Source of the DNA: Thermoplasmata archaeon | Lineage (GTDB): Archaea > Thermoplasmatota > Thermoplasmata > Lutacidiplasmatales > UBA184 | Reading direction: 5' to 3' | DNA length: 64,000 bases | NCBI GenBank assembly: GCA_021806135.1 | Contig: JAJZYB010000007.1 | Span: forward strand, 217-64,216 | Shown: positions 32,154-41,324 of the stretch, one piece after another | How positions within the stretch are numbered: position 1 is the first letter of the stretch | How the letters are laid out: each line of letters begins with the position of its first letter | Translations under genes and position numbers: made by a program | The notes under the pieces: model-generated | The model's input: the letters and a program-made list of their open reading frames with translations, nothing else | Database searches by the model: none | Told to the model about the DNA's origin: nothing

Positions 32154-32578
32154 GGTTGCCGTTCCTCCGATTCCCGTTCCCGCTCCTTCCGGAGCCGGAA
32201 TTCGAGCTCCTCCTCCCCCGTCACCGGAACCTCCTCGGCTTCCCCGGGAAGCTCCGCCTGGTCCGCGTCCTTGTAGACGTAGAGGATCACCATGATCCCG
32301 AAGAGGACGAGCACGACGGTGGTCAGGTTCAGCACGAAGAGACAGTTGAAGCTCGTCCCCCCCACGCTCACCGGTGGGAGGGGGCAGGAGATGGTGGTGG
32401 GGAAGCCCGGGGTGGAGGGAGGAGGAGAGCTCCCGTTGAGGGGGGCCACGGCGGAGAGCCTGCCCGCCGGGGAAGGGCCCGTCGCTGATGCGTTCGCGCC
32501 CGGAAAGGAGAGGGCGCCGACCAGCCCCACGATGAGGAGGAGGCCGAGGGAGATGCGTAGAGCCGTGCTGCCTCTCAT
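32150..32578 (-). CDS. small secreted/membrane-anchored protein with acidic C-terminus
   Basis: Signal peptide, one TM, EEELEFRLRKERERESEE tail. It is start/stop-coupled with the flanking genes. Confidence 0.4.
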   Translation of the reverse strand: MRGSTALRISLGLLLIVGLVGALSFPGANASATGPSPAGRLSAVAPLNGSSPPPSTPGFPTTISCPLPPVSVGGTSFNCLFVLNLTTVVLVLFGIMVILYVYKDADQAELPGEAEEVPVTGEEELEFRLRKERERESEERQP

Positions 32579-32943
32579 GGTCCGCCCTCCAACGGGTCGT
32601 CGGGGGGGAGAGGCTCGACCCTATGAACTTCACCCACGGACCAGACCCCTGGAGAGGAGACCGACACCACGGACGGGGGCGGGGAACCGAGCGTGGCTCC
32701 CGGGGAGGGCCACGGCTTGGAGGCGGCGTGGCCCTCCCCGGTGGCGGTCGGGGCCGGCGCCGGTGAGCGGGACCCCGGGTCGGTGGCGTCCCGGAGCTCC
32801 CGGAGGAACTCGTCCCGCATCCGCATGACCTTGGCATAGAGCCGTCCTGCGGTGCGGAAGAGCTCCCGGTTGTCTCCCCCCAGGAGGAGGAGGCCGCCGG
32901 CGAGGAGGAGGATCGTCCAATCCACGTCCGAGAAGAGGCTCAT
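32578..32943 (-). CDS. TatA/TatB family protein (TatB-like)
   Basis: MSLFSDVDWTILLLAGGLLLLGGDNRELFRTAGRLYAKV: N-terminal TM plus amphipathic helix typical of TatA/B. Its ATG overlaps the tatC stop (ATGA). Confidence 0.6.
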
Positions 32944-33767
32944 GCGGTCCCTCCAGGGAGGCCGCCGCGGCGGGGGGCGGTGGAGTGGCGCTCGTGCCGT
33001 TCGGCGGCCACCATGCCTCCCACGTAGAGGCCCATCATCGGGATGGCGATGAGCAGCATGGTGATGCCGGAGTTGTCCGGGGTGATGAGCATCCCGAAGA
33101 TGAGGCAACCGAGGATGGCACCCCGCCAGTGCTTCCGCCAGAAGTCCGCCGGCACCAACCGGAGCCGGCTCAGGGTGTAGATGAAGACCGGCAGTTCGAA
33201 GACCACGCCGAAGGCCACGGTGTAGAGGAGCGCGAAGGCGAGGAAGCTCCCCACGCTCAGGACCGGGGCGAGGTTGAGGGCACCCACGTAGCGGAAGAGC
33301 AGCAGGAAGGTGAAGGGGGTGAGCCAGAAGAGGGCCAGGAAGAAGCCCACGGCGAAGAGGAGCGTGGCGGGGAGGGCCACGCTGCGGATGAGCGCCCGCT
33401 CGTTGGTCCGGAGGGCGGGGACCAGGAAGGCCCCCACCTCGTGGGCGATCCAGGGGGTGCTGAGGACGAGGGAGAGGAGCAGTCCGATCTCCATCTGGGC
33501 GACGACGGAGTCTCCCACCCCGATGTTGAGGAGGGTGACGCCCGGCGGGAGCATGTCGTGGGTGAACCAGAGGAACACCTGGGCCGTGATGTTGTAGAAC
33601 GGGCTGGGGATGGGCAGCACGAGCGGGAAAGGGAGCCCGGCGACCGGGAAGGCCTGGAGCTTGAAGAAGAGCAGGAAGCCGAAGAGCGGGACCACCACCC
33701 AGAGGATGCGGACGACCCGTCGCCGGAGCTCGTCCAGCACGCTGAAGAACTGGTGGAGCTCGCTCAT
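32940..33767 (-). CDS. tatC: twin-arginine translocase subunit TatC
   Basis: Six TM helices with a TatC family pattern. Confidence 0.9.
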   Translation of the reverse strand: MSELHQFFSVLDELRRRVVRILWVVVPLFGFLLFFKLQAFPVAGLPFPLVLPIPSPFYNITAQVFLWFTHDMLPPGVTLLNIGVGDSVVAQMEIGLLLSLVLSTPWIAHEVGAFLVPALRTNERALIRSVALPATLLFAVGFFLALFWLTPFTFLLLFRYVGALNLAPVLSVGSFLAFALLYTVAFGVVFELPVFIYTLSRLRLVPADFWRKHWRGAILGCLIFGMLITPDNSGITMLLIAIPMMGLYVGGMVAAERHERHSTAPRRGGLPGGTA

Positions 33768-33772
33768 GCCCT

Positions 33773-34381
33773 CTATCGGGAGCCCGGCGGCTGGAGGGCG
33801 ACGCGTTCGGGGCCTTCCTGCCGGTTAAGGAAGAAGGTGACCAGGGGCTTCTCGGCCGGGCCCTCGAGGACCCGGCCATCGCGTCCCGCGAACCGGCTGC
33901 CGCACCGGGGGCAGGACCAGCGGTCCTCCCGGGGCTCGTAGAGGAGGGTGCCGGCGTCCCGAGGGCACAGGGTGCTGGCGCATCGGAGACGGTCGGTGGG
34001 GGTGAGGAGGGCCTGCCCCGGGGAGAGTCCGGGGCCCGGGGCAAAGAGCCCGGCGCCCTGCTGGCTCCCCATCCAGTGGAAGGGCAGGGGGCCTTCCCTC
34101 AGCTGGCGGCGGAACTCGAAGAGGCTCAGGTACCGTCCCCCCTGGACCAGGCGCCACTCGGGGTCCAGGAGAGGGCGGGCATCCGAGCCGGGAGAAGGAG
34201 GGGCGAAGGCGGGTCCCGGGGCAGGGGAGGGGGGAGCAGTCGGCTCCAGAAGCTGACGGACGGGGCGGGGGAGCCCCAGGGTGCCTGCGGCGAGCGCCGC
34301 TCCGGCGAGCAGCCCGAGGTCGGGTCGGGTCAGGGGGCTTGGGGGGTCTACCGGCGTTCTCCGTTCAGGGCGTCCGCTCAT
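33773..34381 (-). CDS. secreted Cys4 metal-binding protein with RR signal-like N-terminus
   Basis: N-terminal ERRTPV...LGLLAGAALAAGTLG resembles a Tat signal. C-terminal CASTLC...(17 aa)...CPRC looks like a Rieske-like or zinc-ribbon module. Confidence 0.4.
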   Translation of the reverse strand: MSGRPERRTPVDPPSPLTRPDLGLLAGAALAAGTLGLPRPVRQLLEPTAPPSPAPGPAFAPPSPGSDARPLLDPEWRLVQGGRYLSLFEFRRQLREGPLPFHWMGSQQGAGLFAPGPGLSPGQALLTPTDRLRCASTLCPRDAGTLLYEPREDRWSCPRCGSRFAGRDGRVLEGPAEKPLVTFFLNRQEGPERVALQPPGSR

Positions 34382-34407
34382 CGGTCCGTTCGCTCAGGCC
34401 CGGGCGT

Positions 34408-34611
34408 TCAGCGCAGTTGGGCCTGGTCCCGGGCCACGCGGGCGTTGCTCTGGGACTGGGCGAGCTCGAGCTCGGACTCCGTCTTCCCCTTCTTGAACTC
34501 CCCCACGGCCCGGCCGAGGCTGTGGGCGAGCTGGGGGATCTTGGCGGAGCCCCAGAAGAGGATGGCGAAGACCACGGCGATGATGATCCAGTCGTCGATG
34601 CTGTCGAACAT
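34408..34611 (-). CDS. tatA: twin-arginine translocase subunit TatA
   Basis: 67 aa: MFDSIDDWIIIAVVFAILFWGSAKIPQLAHSLGRAVGEFKKG is the canonical TatA TM plus amphipathic helix. Confidence 0.8.
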   Translation of the reverse strand: MFDSIDDWIIIAVVFAILFWGSAKIPQLAHSLGRAVGEFKKGKTESELELAQSQSNARVARDQAQLR

Positions 34612-34652
34612 GGGGGGACCTGCAGGGGCACCGTGACCACGTGCCTTATGGC

Positions 34653-34692
34653 GTTCGTACCGGAGGTACGAATCAGTATAGACTGTTCGTAC
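34653..34692. promoter_or_regulatory. Inverted-repeat operator candidate: GTTCGTAC-cggag-GTACGAA plus a third half-site TTCGTAC, 42-81 bp upstream of tatA
   Basis: Perfect inverted repeat read directly in the sequence. The same 7-8-mer recurs upstream of other copper/respiratory genes. Confidence 0.5.
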
Positions 34693-34712
34693 TCGCTGAC
34701 GGTGATCCGGGG

Positions 34713-35765
34713 TCAGGGGGAAGGGGCCGCCCGCCCCTCCCGGGCGTCGCCGGTGACGGCCCGGTCCATCGCCACCTCCACCAGGCCCTCGAGCTTCTTG
34801 CCCCCCTGGCGGAGGGCCGCGTTGAAGGAGGGGAGGGATTGCCCGGAGACCCGGCGGGAACGCTCGGGCCTTGCCGATTCGAGCTTGCGTTGGAGGTTCT
34901 TGACCTGGTCCCGGGCCGCACAGGCGTGGGCCAGGGAAGGGTGGACCAGCGCGTCCACCACCATCTCCAGCGCGGCCTTGTAGCTTTCCAGGGTCTCGGC
35001 CCGCGCCGGGTTCACCGTCCTCCGGCCCCGGGAAAGCGTGGGGAGGAGCTCCACCAGGATCCGGCCGCTCTCCCCCAGGGACTGGACCACCACCCGCCAG
35101 GAGAGCAGGTGCCGGGGGTCCGGGCTGCCGATCTCCCGGGCCAGCGACCAGTCTCGGCTCGCCAACTGGAGCTGCCGGACGAGGAGGGCATGGACCTTTC
35201 CGAGCTCTTCGGCGAGGGCGGGGGCGCGTTTGGAGCGGGAAGGCCCGTCCCGACGGATCAGTCCTTGGGCCTCCTCCACCAGGGCGCTCAGGATCATCCG
35301 CATCCGTTGGATCATCTGGGGGAGGGCGTACTTGGAGGGGTCCAGGAAGCTCTGGATCACCAGGCGGTTCGGTTCGTGGGCCACCACGCTGACCCCCAGG
35401 AGCCGGCGGGCGGCCGCCTGCACCTCCTCGACGGCCTCCAGGTTCAGGGGCACGTCGGAGAGGATCTCGATGGAGTCGTGGCCGGCCCGGTAGGCCCCCG
35501 CCACCAGGAGCTCCAGCTCGCCGGGGGACTCGAAGAGGCTGGCCTCCACCTGGAAGGGGGCCAGGGGCTTTCCCCCCGACTTTCCCTGGGCCGGACGCAG
35601 GTAGAGCGTGCCGTCGTCGTTCTGGTCGAAGACCACCATGTCTCCGGGCCGGAGGTGGAGGGCCTGGGCCCAGGGCTTAGGGAGGGTCACCGCGATGGAG
35701 GAATGACCAGCCTTGAGGACGCGTCGCTCCCTGGATGGTCCTCCCCACGGCACGGTCTCTCCCAC
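34713..35765 (-). CDS. AbrB/SpoVT-domain plus PhoU-domain regulator, copy 2
   Basis: HSSIAVTLPKPWAQALHLRPGDMVVF AbrB-like N-terminus plus PhoU-like repeats. Paralog of 5941..7062. Confidence 0.75.
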   Translation of the reverse strand: MGETVPWGGPSRERRVLKAGHSSIAVTLPKPWAQALHLRPGDMVVFDQNDDGTLYLRPAQGKSGGKPLAPFQVEASLFESPGELELLVAGAYRAGHDSIEILSDVPLNLEAVEEVQAAARRLLGVSVVAHEPNRLVIQSFLDPSKYALPQMIQRMRMILSALVEEAQGLIRRDGPSRSKRAPALAEELGKVHALLVRQLQLASRDWSLAREIGSPDPRHLLSWRVVVQSLGESGRILVELLPTLSRGRRTVNPARAETLESYKAALEMVVDALVHPSLAHACAARDQVKNLQRKLESARPERSRRVSGQSLPSFNAALRQGGKKLEGLVEVAMDRAVTGDAREGRAAPSP

Positions 35766-35805
35766 GGAAGACGGCTCCCGTGCCGGACGCTGACCCCGGC
35801 GGGGT

Positions 35806-35812
35806 AATAAAG
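35806..35812 (-). promoter_or_regulatory. TATA-box-like element (TTTATTA on minus strand) about 45 bp upstream of the AbrB-PhoU copy 2 start
   Basis: AT-rich heptamer in an otherwise 70% GC region at the expected distance for an archaeal promoter. Confidence 0.4.
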
Positions 35813-35909
35813 GCCTCTACGCGCAGCGCCCCTGGGGTCTTTCGCGAATTTACTAACGGTGCGGGAGCAGGGATCCGGGATATCCGGCCCTGCTGTTCGG
35901 CCGTCGTGA

Positions 35910-35927
35910 GTTCGTATGTGTACGAAC
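35910..35927. promoter_or_regulatory. Inverted repeat GTTCGTA-tgtg-TACGAAC
   Basis: Second copy of the TTCGTA/TACGAA palindrome, between the sulfocyanin-like gene stop and the AbrB-PhoU copy 2 promoter. Confidence 0.45.
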
Positions 35928-35950
35928 CGTTCCGTCGCTTGCTGGGAAGT

Positions 35951-36691
35951 TCACGGGGCGCCCGGCTTGGCCGGGGGGGCCGGCTCCTCCTCGTCGTCCG
36001 GCTCGTCCCGGCCCTCCGTGAGGTCCAACGGATACGGACGCGAGTCGTTGTAGTATTCCACCCGGCTCGTCAGCGGGGTGCCTTCCGCGGGAACCACGCC
36101 CTCCTCCGGGTGCCCCCGCTTCCCGTAGACCACGCCGAGGACCAGCGAAAGGAAGGCGAGGACCACCACCGCGATCACCACATACCAGAAGGCGGCGAAG
36201 GACGGGGCCGCCGCCGGGGCGATGCTCTCGTCCACGTAGACGAACCCTTCCATCCCCAGTGGATAGTGGGGCCGGCAGATGAACTGGTAGGCGCCGGGAG
36301 CCCCGAAGGTGACGTTCACGTAGATCACCTGGGACGCGTTCACCGTCCGGTCGGCGTACACGTCCGCCGGGGAGAAGAAGCTCGGCCAGTTGGAGTTGGT
36401 CGACGGAGGCGCGGTCTTGTTCACCTGGTTGGAAAGGGTGAACGTGTGGAGGTAGGTGCCTCCGACGTTGGAGATGATGAACTCCACCGCCTTGCTCGTC
36501 ACCTGGACGTCGGCCGGGACGAAGGTGAAGGAGTTCGTCGTGCTGATGTTCACCACCGTGACGCCGTTATGGGCCGGGGGATGCACCAGGGTCCCGTTCG
36601 GGCCCGTGGGGCCCGCCTGGGCGGCCCAGCCGAGGCCCGAGAGGACCACGGCCACCGCGAAGAGCACCGCCGCCAAGCGTAACGCACCCAT
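35951..36691 (-). CDS. sulfocyanin/halocyanin-like type-1 blue copper protein with C-terminal TM anchor
   Basis: Cupredoxin ligands in HTFTL and QFICRPHYPLGMEG (His, Cys, His, Met). Signal peptide, many N-x-S/T sequons, C-terminal hydrophobic anchor. Confidence 0.8.
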   Translation of the reverse strand: MGALRLAAVLFAVAVVLSGLGWAAQAGPTGPNGTLVHPPAHNGVTVVNISTTNSFTFVPADVQVTSKAVEFIISNVGGTYLHTFTLSNQVNKTAPPSTNSNWPSFFSPADVYADRTVNASQVIYVNVTFGAPGAYQFICRPHYPLGMEGFVYVDESIAPAAAPSFAAFWYVVIAVVVLAFLSLVLGVVYGKRGHPEEGVVPAEGTPLTSRVEYYNDSRPYPLDLTEGRDEPDDEEEPAPPAKPGAP

Positions 36692-36793
36692 CGCTTCCGC
36701 ACCCCCGGAGACTTCGACCCGGCTACCTCGCCCTGCTTAAGGCCGTTGCGTATGAACCGGGGCCCGGGTCCTCCGGCCTCCCCGGGGGGTGCA

Positions 36794-36801
36794 GTTCGTA
36801 C
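36794..36801. promoter_or_regulatory. GTTCGTAC motif copy in the divergent sulfocyanin / coxII promoter region
   Basis: Third copy; a 9/10 reverse-complement partner GCGTATGAAC lies at 36748-36757. ATTAAGAA TATA-like element at 36808-36815. Confidence 0.4.
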
Positions 36802-36853
36802 GCCGGGATTAAGAACGTATGCCGGGTCCCCCAGGAAGGATGGGGGTCTTCTG

Positions 36854-37081
36854 GTGCATCTGACCGGGGGAGGCGTGTCGGCCTGGGTCCTCTCTGCCCT
36901 CCAGTCCCCGTTCCAGTTGACCTACTGGCTGCTCCTCACCATCTTCTTCATGGCCCTGGCGGTGGGGCTGGTCTTCGTGGGACTCTTGGTCTACGGGCTC
37001 ATCCGTTTCCACGTCCGCGAAGTCCCCGCCCACCTGAAGAACGTGGCCCGGCCTCCCCGGTCGCCCCCGGTGAACCCATGA
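36854..37081 (+). CDS. small single-TM protein, possibly the split-off first TM helix of CoxII or an oxidase small subunit
   Basis: Hydrophobic helix TYWLLLTIFFMALAVGLVFVGLLVYGLI. Its stop overlaps the coxII ATG (ATGA). Start tentatively GTG 36854. Confidence 0.35.
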   Translation: MHLTGGGVSAWVLSALQSPFQLTYWLLLTIFFMALAVGLVFVGLLVYGLIRFHVREVPAHLKNVARPPRSPPVNP

Positions 37082-37641
37082 CGGTCGCCTCCGCCTCACC
37101 CTCCCGGCCGCCCCTCTCCCCCCGGGAGCGGGCCCGTCGGAACAAGCGGATCGAATGGATCTGGACCATCATCCCGGTCATCCTGGTGATGATCGTGGCC
37201 GGGATCTCCACGCCGCTCCTCTTCAACCTCGACACCGGGCCCGCCGCGTTCGGCTCCGACCCCAACATGAACGTCGACGTGACCGGCTACCAGTGGTTCT
37301 GGGAGTTCCACTATACCGACCCCTTCGGCAAGGCGCTCACGAACGGGACAGGGGAGGTCTTCTCCAATGGCACGCTCTGGGTCCCCCAGAACGCCATCGT
37401 CTGGATCAACGTCACCTCGGGGGACGTGGTCCACTCCTTCAACATCCCGCAACTCGGAGTGCGCATCGACGCGATCCCCGGGCGGATCAACCATTACTGG
37501 TTCGCCATCCCCGCCGGGACCGCCGTGGGCACGCAGTTCCTCGCGCAGTGCACGGAATTCTGTGGCGCCGGACATTACGACATGCGCGCGGAGATCATCG
37601 TCACCCCGGCCTCCCCTCTCCTTCACCCCATGTCGATCTGA
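37078..37641 (+). CDS. cytochrome c oxidase subunit II (CuA cupredoxin)
   Basis: GYQWFWEFHY and the CuA site VVHSF...CTEFCGAGHYDM. Only a single N-terminal TM helix. Confidence 0.9.
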   Translation: MTVASASPSRPPLSPRERARRNKRIEWIWTIIPVILVMIVAGISTPLLFNLDTGPAAFGSDPNMNVDVTGYQWFWEFHYTDPFGKALTNGTGEVFSNGTLWVPQNAIVWINVTSGDVVHSFNIPQLGVRIDAIPGRINHYWFAIPAGTAVGTQFLAQCTEFCGAGHYDMRAEIIVTPASPLLHPMSI

Positions 37642-37772
37642 TCCCCGCGGGGGATCGGCCGCGGGCGGCAGGGCGTCCACCGTACGGGTCCCGACCGGCC
37701 CACCCGCACCCCCGGGGGGTCCCCGCTCGTGTTCCCGACGGGGGAGGCCGCATCGGGGACGCCCGGCGGCCC

Positions 37773-38870
37773 TCACCCGGCTGGAGCTAGCACCTGCACC
37801 ACCGCCCGGGCGATCTCCAGATCCTCCCGGGCCCGGAGGACGAAGGCACGGACGGGCGCCGTCGCCGATCCGATCTCCCGGTCCGGCGCCCCCGATGGGT
37901 TCCTTCTGGGGTCGAGGGCGATCCCGAGGAACCCCAACCCGTCCGCCGCCCGGGACCGAATGGCCTCGGAGTTCTCCCCGACGCCACCGGTGAACGCGAT
38001 CGCGTCGAGCCCCCCGAGCGCGGCGACCATGCCGGCGATACCGGCGCGCAGCCGGTGAAGGTAGACCCCCACGGCGAGTACAGCGTCGGCGTCGCCGCGT
38101 GCCTCGGCCGCGAGCACCTCCCTGAGGTCCGCGGTGCCGGCCAGGCCCAAGACCCCCGAGCGGTGCTCCAGGGCCGCCGCGAGCTCGGAGGGCGGCATCC
38201 CCATATGCTCCTCCAGCCAGAGGATCAGCCCGGGATCGACGGTCCCGGAGCGGGTTCCCATCACCAGTCCCTCCAGGGGCGTGAAACCCATGGTGGTGTC
38301 CACGGAGACCCCCTGCCGTACCGCGGCGAGCGACGCCCCGGACCCCAGGTGGCAGGTCACGATGCGCAGCGCACGGGGGTCCCGCTCCATGAGTTCGGAG
38401 ACCCGCCGGGAGGCGTAGGCGTGGGAGAGCCCATGGAAGCCGAAGCGCCGAAGGACCCAACGCTGTCGCCACTCCCGGGGCAACGCGTAGGTGGCGGCGG
38501 CCATGGGCAGGTGCGCGTGAAAGGCCGTGTCGAAAGCGGCCACGGACGGGACCCCTTCGAGCAGCCCGGTCACCAGGTCCAGGGCATGGAGGGACTTGGG
38601 CTGATGCAACGGGGCCAGGTCCGTGAGGGCCTCGAGGCGCCGGCGAACCTCGGCGTCCACCCGGACGGGTCCCAGGAACTCCGTCCCCCCGTGCACGATC
38701 CGGTGCCCCACGGCGTCGAGGGGCCCCTGGGCGGTGATGAACTGGCGGACGGCGTCCTCGTCGATCCGCCCCCCGGGGACGGGGGAGGTCAGCTCGGAGA
38801 GGAGCCGTCCGTCCTCCAGCACCGAGAGCTTGAGGCTGCTGGAACCGGCGTTGACCACGAGGATCCGCAT
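37773..38870 (-). CDS. ackA: acetate kinase
   Basis: MRILVVNAGSSSLKLSV N-terminus, HLGSGAS and FTGGVGENS motifs of the acetate/propionate kinase family. Confidence 0.9.
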   Translation of the reverse strand: MRILVVNAGSSSLKLSVLEDGRLLSELTSPVPGGRIDEDAVRQFITAQGPLDAVGHRIVHGGTEFLGPVRVDAEVRRRLEALTDLAPLHQPKSLHALDLVTGLLEGVPSVAAFDTAFHAHLPMAAATYALPREWRQRWVLRRFGFHGLSHAYASRRVSELMERDPRALRIVTCHLGSGASLAAVRQGVSVDTTMGFTPLEGLVMGTRSGTVDPGLILWLEEHMGMPPSELAAALEHRSGVLGLAGTADLREVLAAEARGDADAVLAVGVYLHRLRAGIAGMVAALGGLDAIAFTGGVGENSEAIRSRAADGLGFLGIALDPRRNPSGAPDREIGSATAPVRAFVLRAREDLEIARAVVQVLAPAG

Positions 38871-38885
38871 GGTCCGTCCGCCCGG

Positions 38886-41324
38886 TCAATACGGCCAGAC
38901 CCAGTTGCGGATCTCCGGCGGGTCCTCACCGTGGGCCCGGGTGTAGGCCCGGCAGCGCTCCCGCTCGTCCTCCATGTCCTGGCGGAGACGGGCGGCATGG
39001 GAGGCCAGGCCCGGCACCCGGTCGATCACGTCCATCACCAGGTGGAACCGGTCGAGGTCGTTCAGCATCACCATGTCGAAGGGGGTGGTGGTGGTCCCCT
39101 CTTCGTTGTACCCGCGGACGTGGAGGTTCGCATGGTTGTGCCGCCGGTAGGTGAGACGGTGGATGAGGGCGGGGTAGCCGTGGTAGGCGAAGAGGACGGG
39201 ACGGTCCCGGGTGAACAGGGAGTCGAACTCGGCATCGGACAAGCCGTGCGGGTGCACGGTGTCCGGCTCCATCCGCATCAGGTCCACCACGTTGACCACC
39301 CGGACCTTGAGCGAGGGGAGCTCCCGCCGCAGGAGGTCCACCGCGGCCAAGGTCTCCAGGGTGGGGACGTCCCCGCAGCAGGCCATCACCACGTCCGGGT
39401 CACCGGCGTCGTTGGAAGCCCACTCCCAGATGCCAAGCCCCCGGGTGCAATGGAGGACCGCCTGGTCCATGGCCAGGTAGTTCAACGAGGGTTGCTTCCC
39501 CGCCACGATCACGTTCACGTACTGTCGGCTCTTCAGGCAGTGGTGGGCCACCGAGAGCAGGCAGTTGGCGTCGGGGGGGAGGTAGACCCGGATGATCTCG
39601 GATTTCTTGTTCACCACGTGGTCGATGAACCCCGGGTCCTGGTGGGAGAAGCCGTTGTGGTCCTGCCGCCACACGTGGGAGGAGAGCAGGTAGTTCAAGG
39701 ACGCGATGGGACGGCGCCAGGGGATCCGACGGGTGGTCTTCAGCCACTTGGCGTGCTGGTTGAACATGGAGTCGACGATGTGGATGAACGCCTCGTAGCA
39801 GTTGAACAGCCCGTGCCGACCGGTGAGCAGGTAGCCCTCCAGCCAGCCCTGGCACTGGTGTTCGGAGAGCACCTCCATCACCCGGCCCTCCCGGGCGAGG
39901 TGGTCGTCGGTGGGCAACCGTTCGGCCCCCCATTGCCGGTCCGTGGCCTCGAACACGGCCCCGAGCCGGTTGGAGGCGGTCTCGTCGGGGCCGAAGAGCC
40001 GGAACCGCGTGGGGTTGGCCCGGATCACGTCCCGGAGATACCCCCCGAGGACCCGGGTCGCCTCGGCGAACGTGGTGCCGGGCTTGGGCACCTCCACCCG
40101 GTAGGCCTGGAAGTCGGGGAGGGAGAGCTCCTGGAGGAGCAGGCCCCCATTGGCGTGGGGGTTCGCGCTCATCCGGCGCTGGGTCTTGGGCGCCAGCGAC
40201 GCCAGTTCCGGCAGGAACGCGCCCTCGGCGTCGAAGAGTTCCTCCGGCCGGTAGCTCCGCATCCAGGCTTCCAACTGGGCCAGGTGCTCCGGGTTCGTCC
40301 GCACCTCGGGAAGAGGGACCTGGTGGGCCCGCCAGGTCCCCTCCACGGGCAGGCCATCGACCACCTTCGGGCCGGTCCAGCCCTTGGGGGTGCGCAGCAC
40401 GATGAGCGGCCACCGCGGTCTCTGGCCCGTCGATCCGGACCGGGCCGCTCTCTGGATCCGGAGGATCTCCCCCACCGCGCTGTCCAGGGCGCCCGCCATG
40501 GCCCGGTGCATCTCTGCCGGTACGTCCCCCGAGACCCAGTGGACCGCGTACCCATAGCCCTCGAGCAGGGAGGTGAGCTCCCCGTCCCCGATCCGGGCCA
40601 GGACGGTGGGGTTCGCGATCTTGTACCCGTTCAGGTGTAGGATGGGCAGGACGGCCCCGTCCTTGACCGGGTTCAGGAACTTGTTCGAGTGCCATCCGGT
40701 CGCCAACGCTCCGGTCTCCGCCTCGCCGTCGCCCACGATGCAGCAGACCAACAGGTCCGGGTTGTCGAACGCGGCGCCGTAGGCGTGGGCCAGCGAATAG
40801 CCCAACTCCCCCCCTTCGTTGATCGACCCCGGCGTCTCCGGGGCCACGTGGGAAGGGATCCCTCCCGGGAACGAGAACTGGCGGAAGAGACGGCGCAGTC
40901 CATCCTCGTTCCAGGAGATGAGCGGGTAGACCTCCGTGTAGGTGCCCTCCAGATAGGCGTTGGCGACCGCCGCGGGACCCCCGTGGCCCGGGCCGATGAC
41001 CAGGAGGGCGTTGAGGTCCCAGTTCCGGATCACCCGGTTCATGTGCGCGTAGACGAAGTTGATCCCGGGGGTGGTCCCCCAATGCCCCAGGAGCCGGGGC
41101 TTCACCTGGTCGGGTCGGAGGGGTTGTCGGAGGAGCGGGTTGTCCATGAGGTAGATCTGCCCGACGGACAGGTAGTTCGCCGCCCGCCAGTAGGCATCGA
41201 TCCGCGCGACCTCGTCCTCGCGGAGGGGGCGGCCCGGATCCGCTGTCGATGCGCTCACGGGAGGTCCGCGGCCCACACCCGCTGGGGGGAGCGTGGGCTC
41301 CCCGCTGTAGCGGGGCCCATCCAT
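38886..41324 (-). CDS. xfp: phosphoketolase (xylulose-5-phosphate/fructose-6-phosphate phosphoketolase)
   Basis: 812 aa with GHWGTTPG and EGGELGY thiamine-diphosphate motifs specific to Xfp. Immediately upstream of ackA on the same strand. Confidence 0.9.
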   Translation of the reverse strand: MDGPRYSGEPTLPPAGVGRGPPVSASTADPGRPLREDEVARIDAYWRAANYLSVGQIYLMDNPLLRQPLRPDQVKPRLLGHWGTTPGINFVYAHMNRVIRNWDLNALLVIGPGHGGPAAVANAYLEGTYTEVYPLISWNEDGLRRLFRQFSFPGGIPSHVAPETPGSINEGGELGYSLAHAYGAAFDNPDLLVCCIVGDGEAETGALATGWHSNKFLNPVKDGAVLPILHLNGYKIANPTVLARIGDGELTSLLEGYGYAVHWVSGDVPAEMHRAMAGALDSAVGEILRIQRAARSGSTGQRPRWPLIVLRTPKGWTGPKVVDGLPVEGTWRAHQVPLPEVRTNPEHLAQLEAWMRSYRPEELFDAEGAFLPELASLAPKTQRRMSANPHANGGLLLQELSLPDFQAYRVEVPKPGTTFAEATRVLGGYLRDVIRANPTRFRLFGPDETASNRLGAVFEATDRQWGAERLPTDDHLAREGRVMEVLSEHQCQGWLEGYLLTGRHGLFNCYEAFIHIVDSMFNQHAKWLKTTRRIPWRRPIASLNYLLSSHVWRQDHNGFSHQDPGFIDHVVNKKSEIIRVYLPPDANCLLSVAHHCLKSRQYVNVIVAGKQPSLNYLAMDQAVLHCTRGLGIWEWASNDAGDPDVVMACCGDVPTLETLAAVDLLRRELPSLKVRVVNVVDLMRMEPDTVHPHGLSDAEFDSLFTRDRPVLFAYHGYPALIHRLTYRRHNHANLHVRGYNEEGTTTTPFDMVMLNDLDRFHLVMDVIDRVPGLASHAARLRQDMEDERERCRAYTRAHGEDPPEIRNWVWPY

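Noticed and set aside
38055-40640. 861-aa plus-strand ORF and 697-aa minus-strand ORF (39400..41493) overlapping phosphoketolase
   Set aside because: Antisense or alternate-frame artefacts. Only the 38886..41324 minus frame yields the Xfp motifs.
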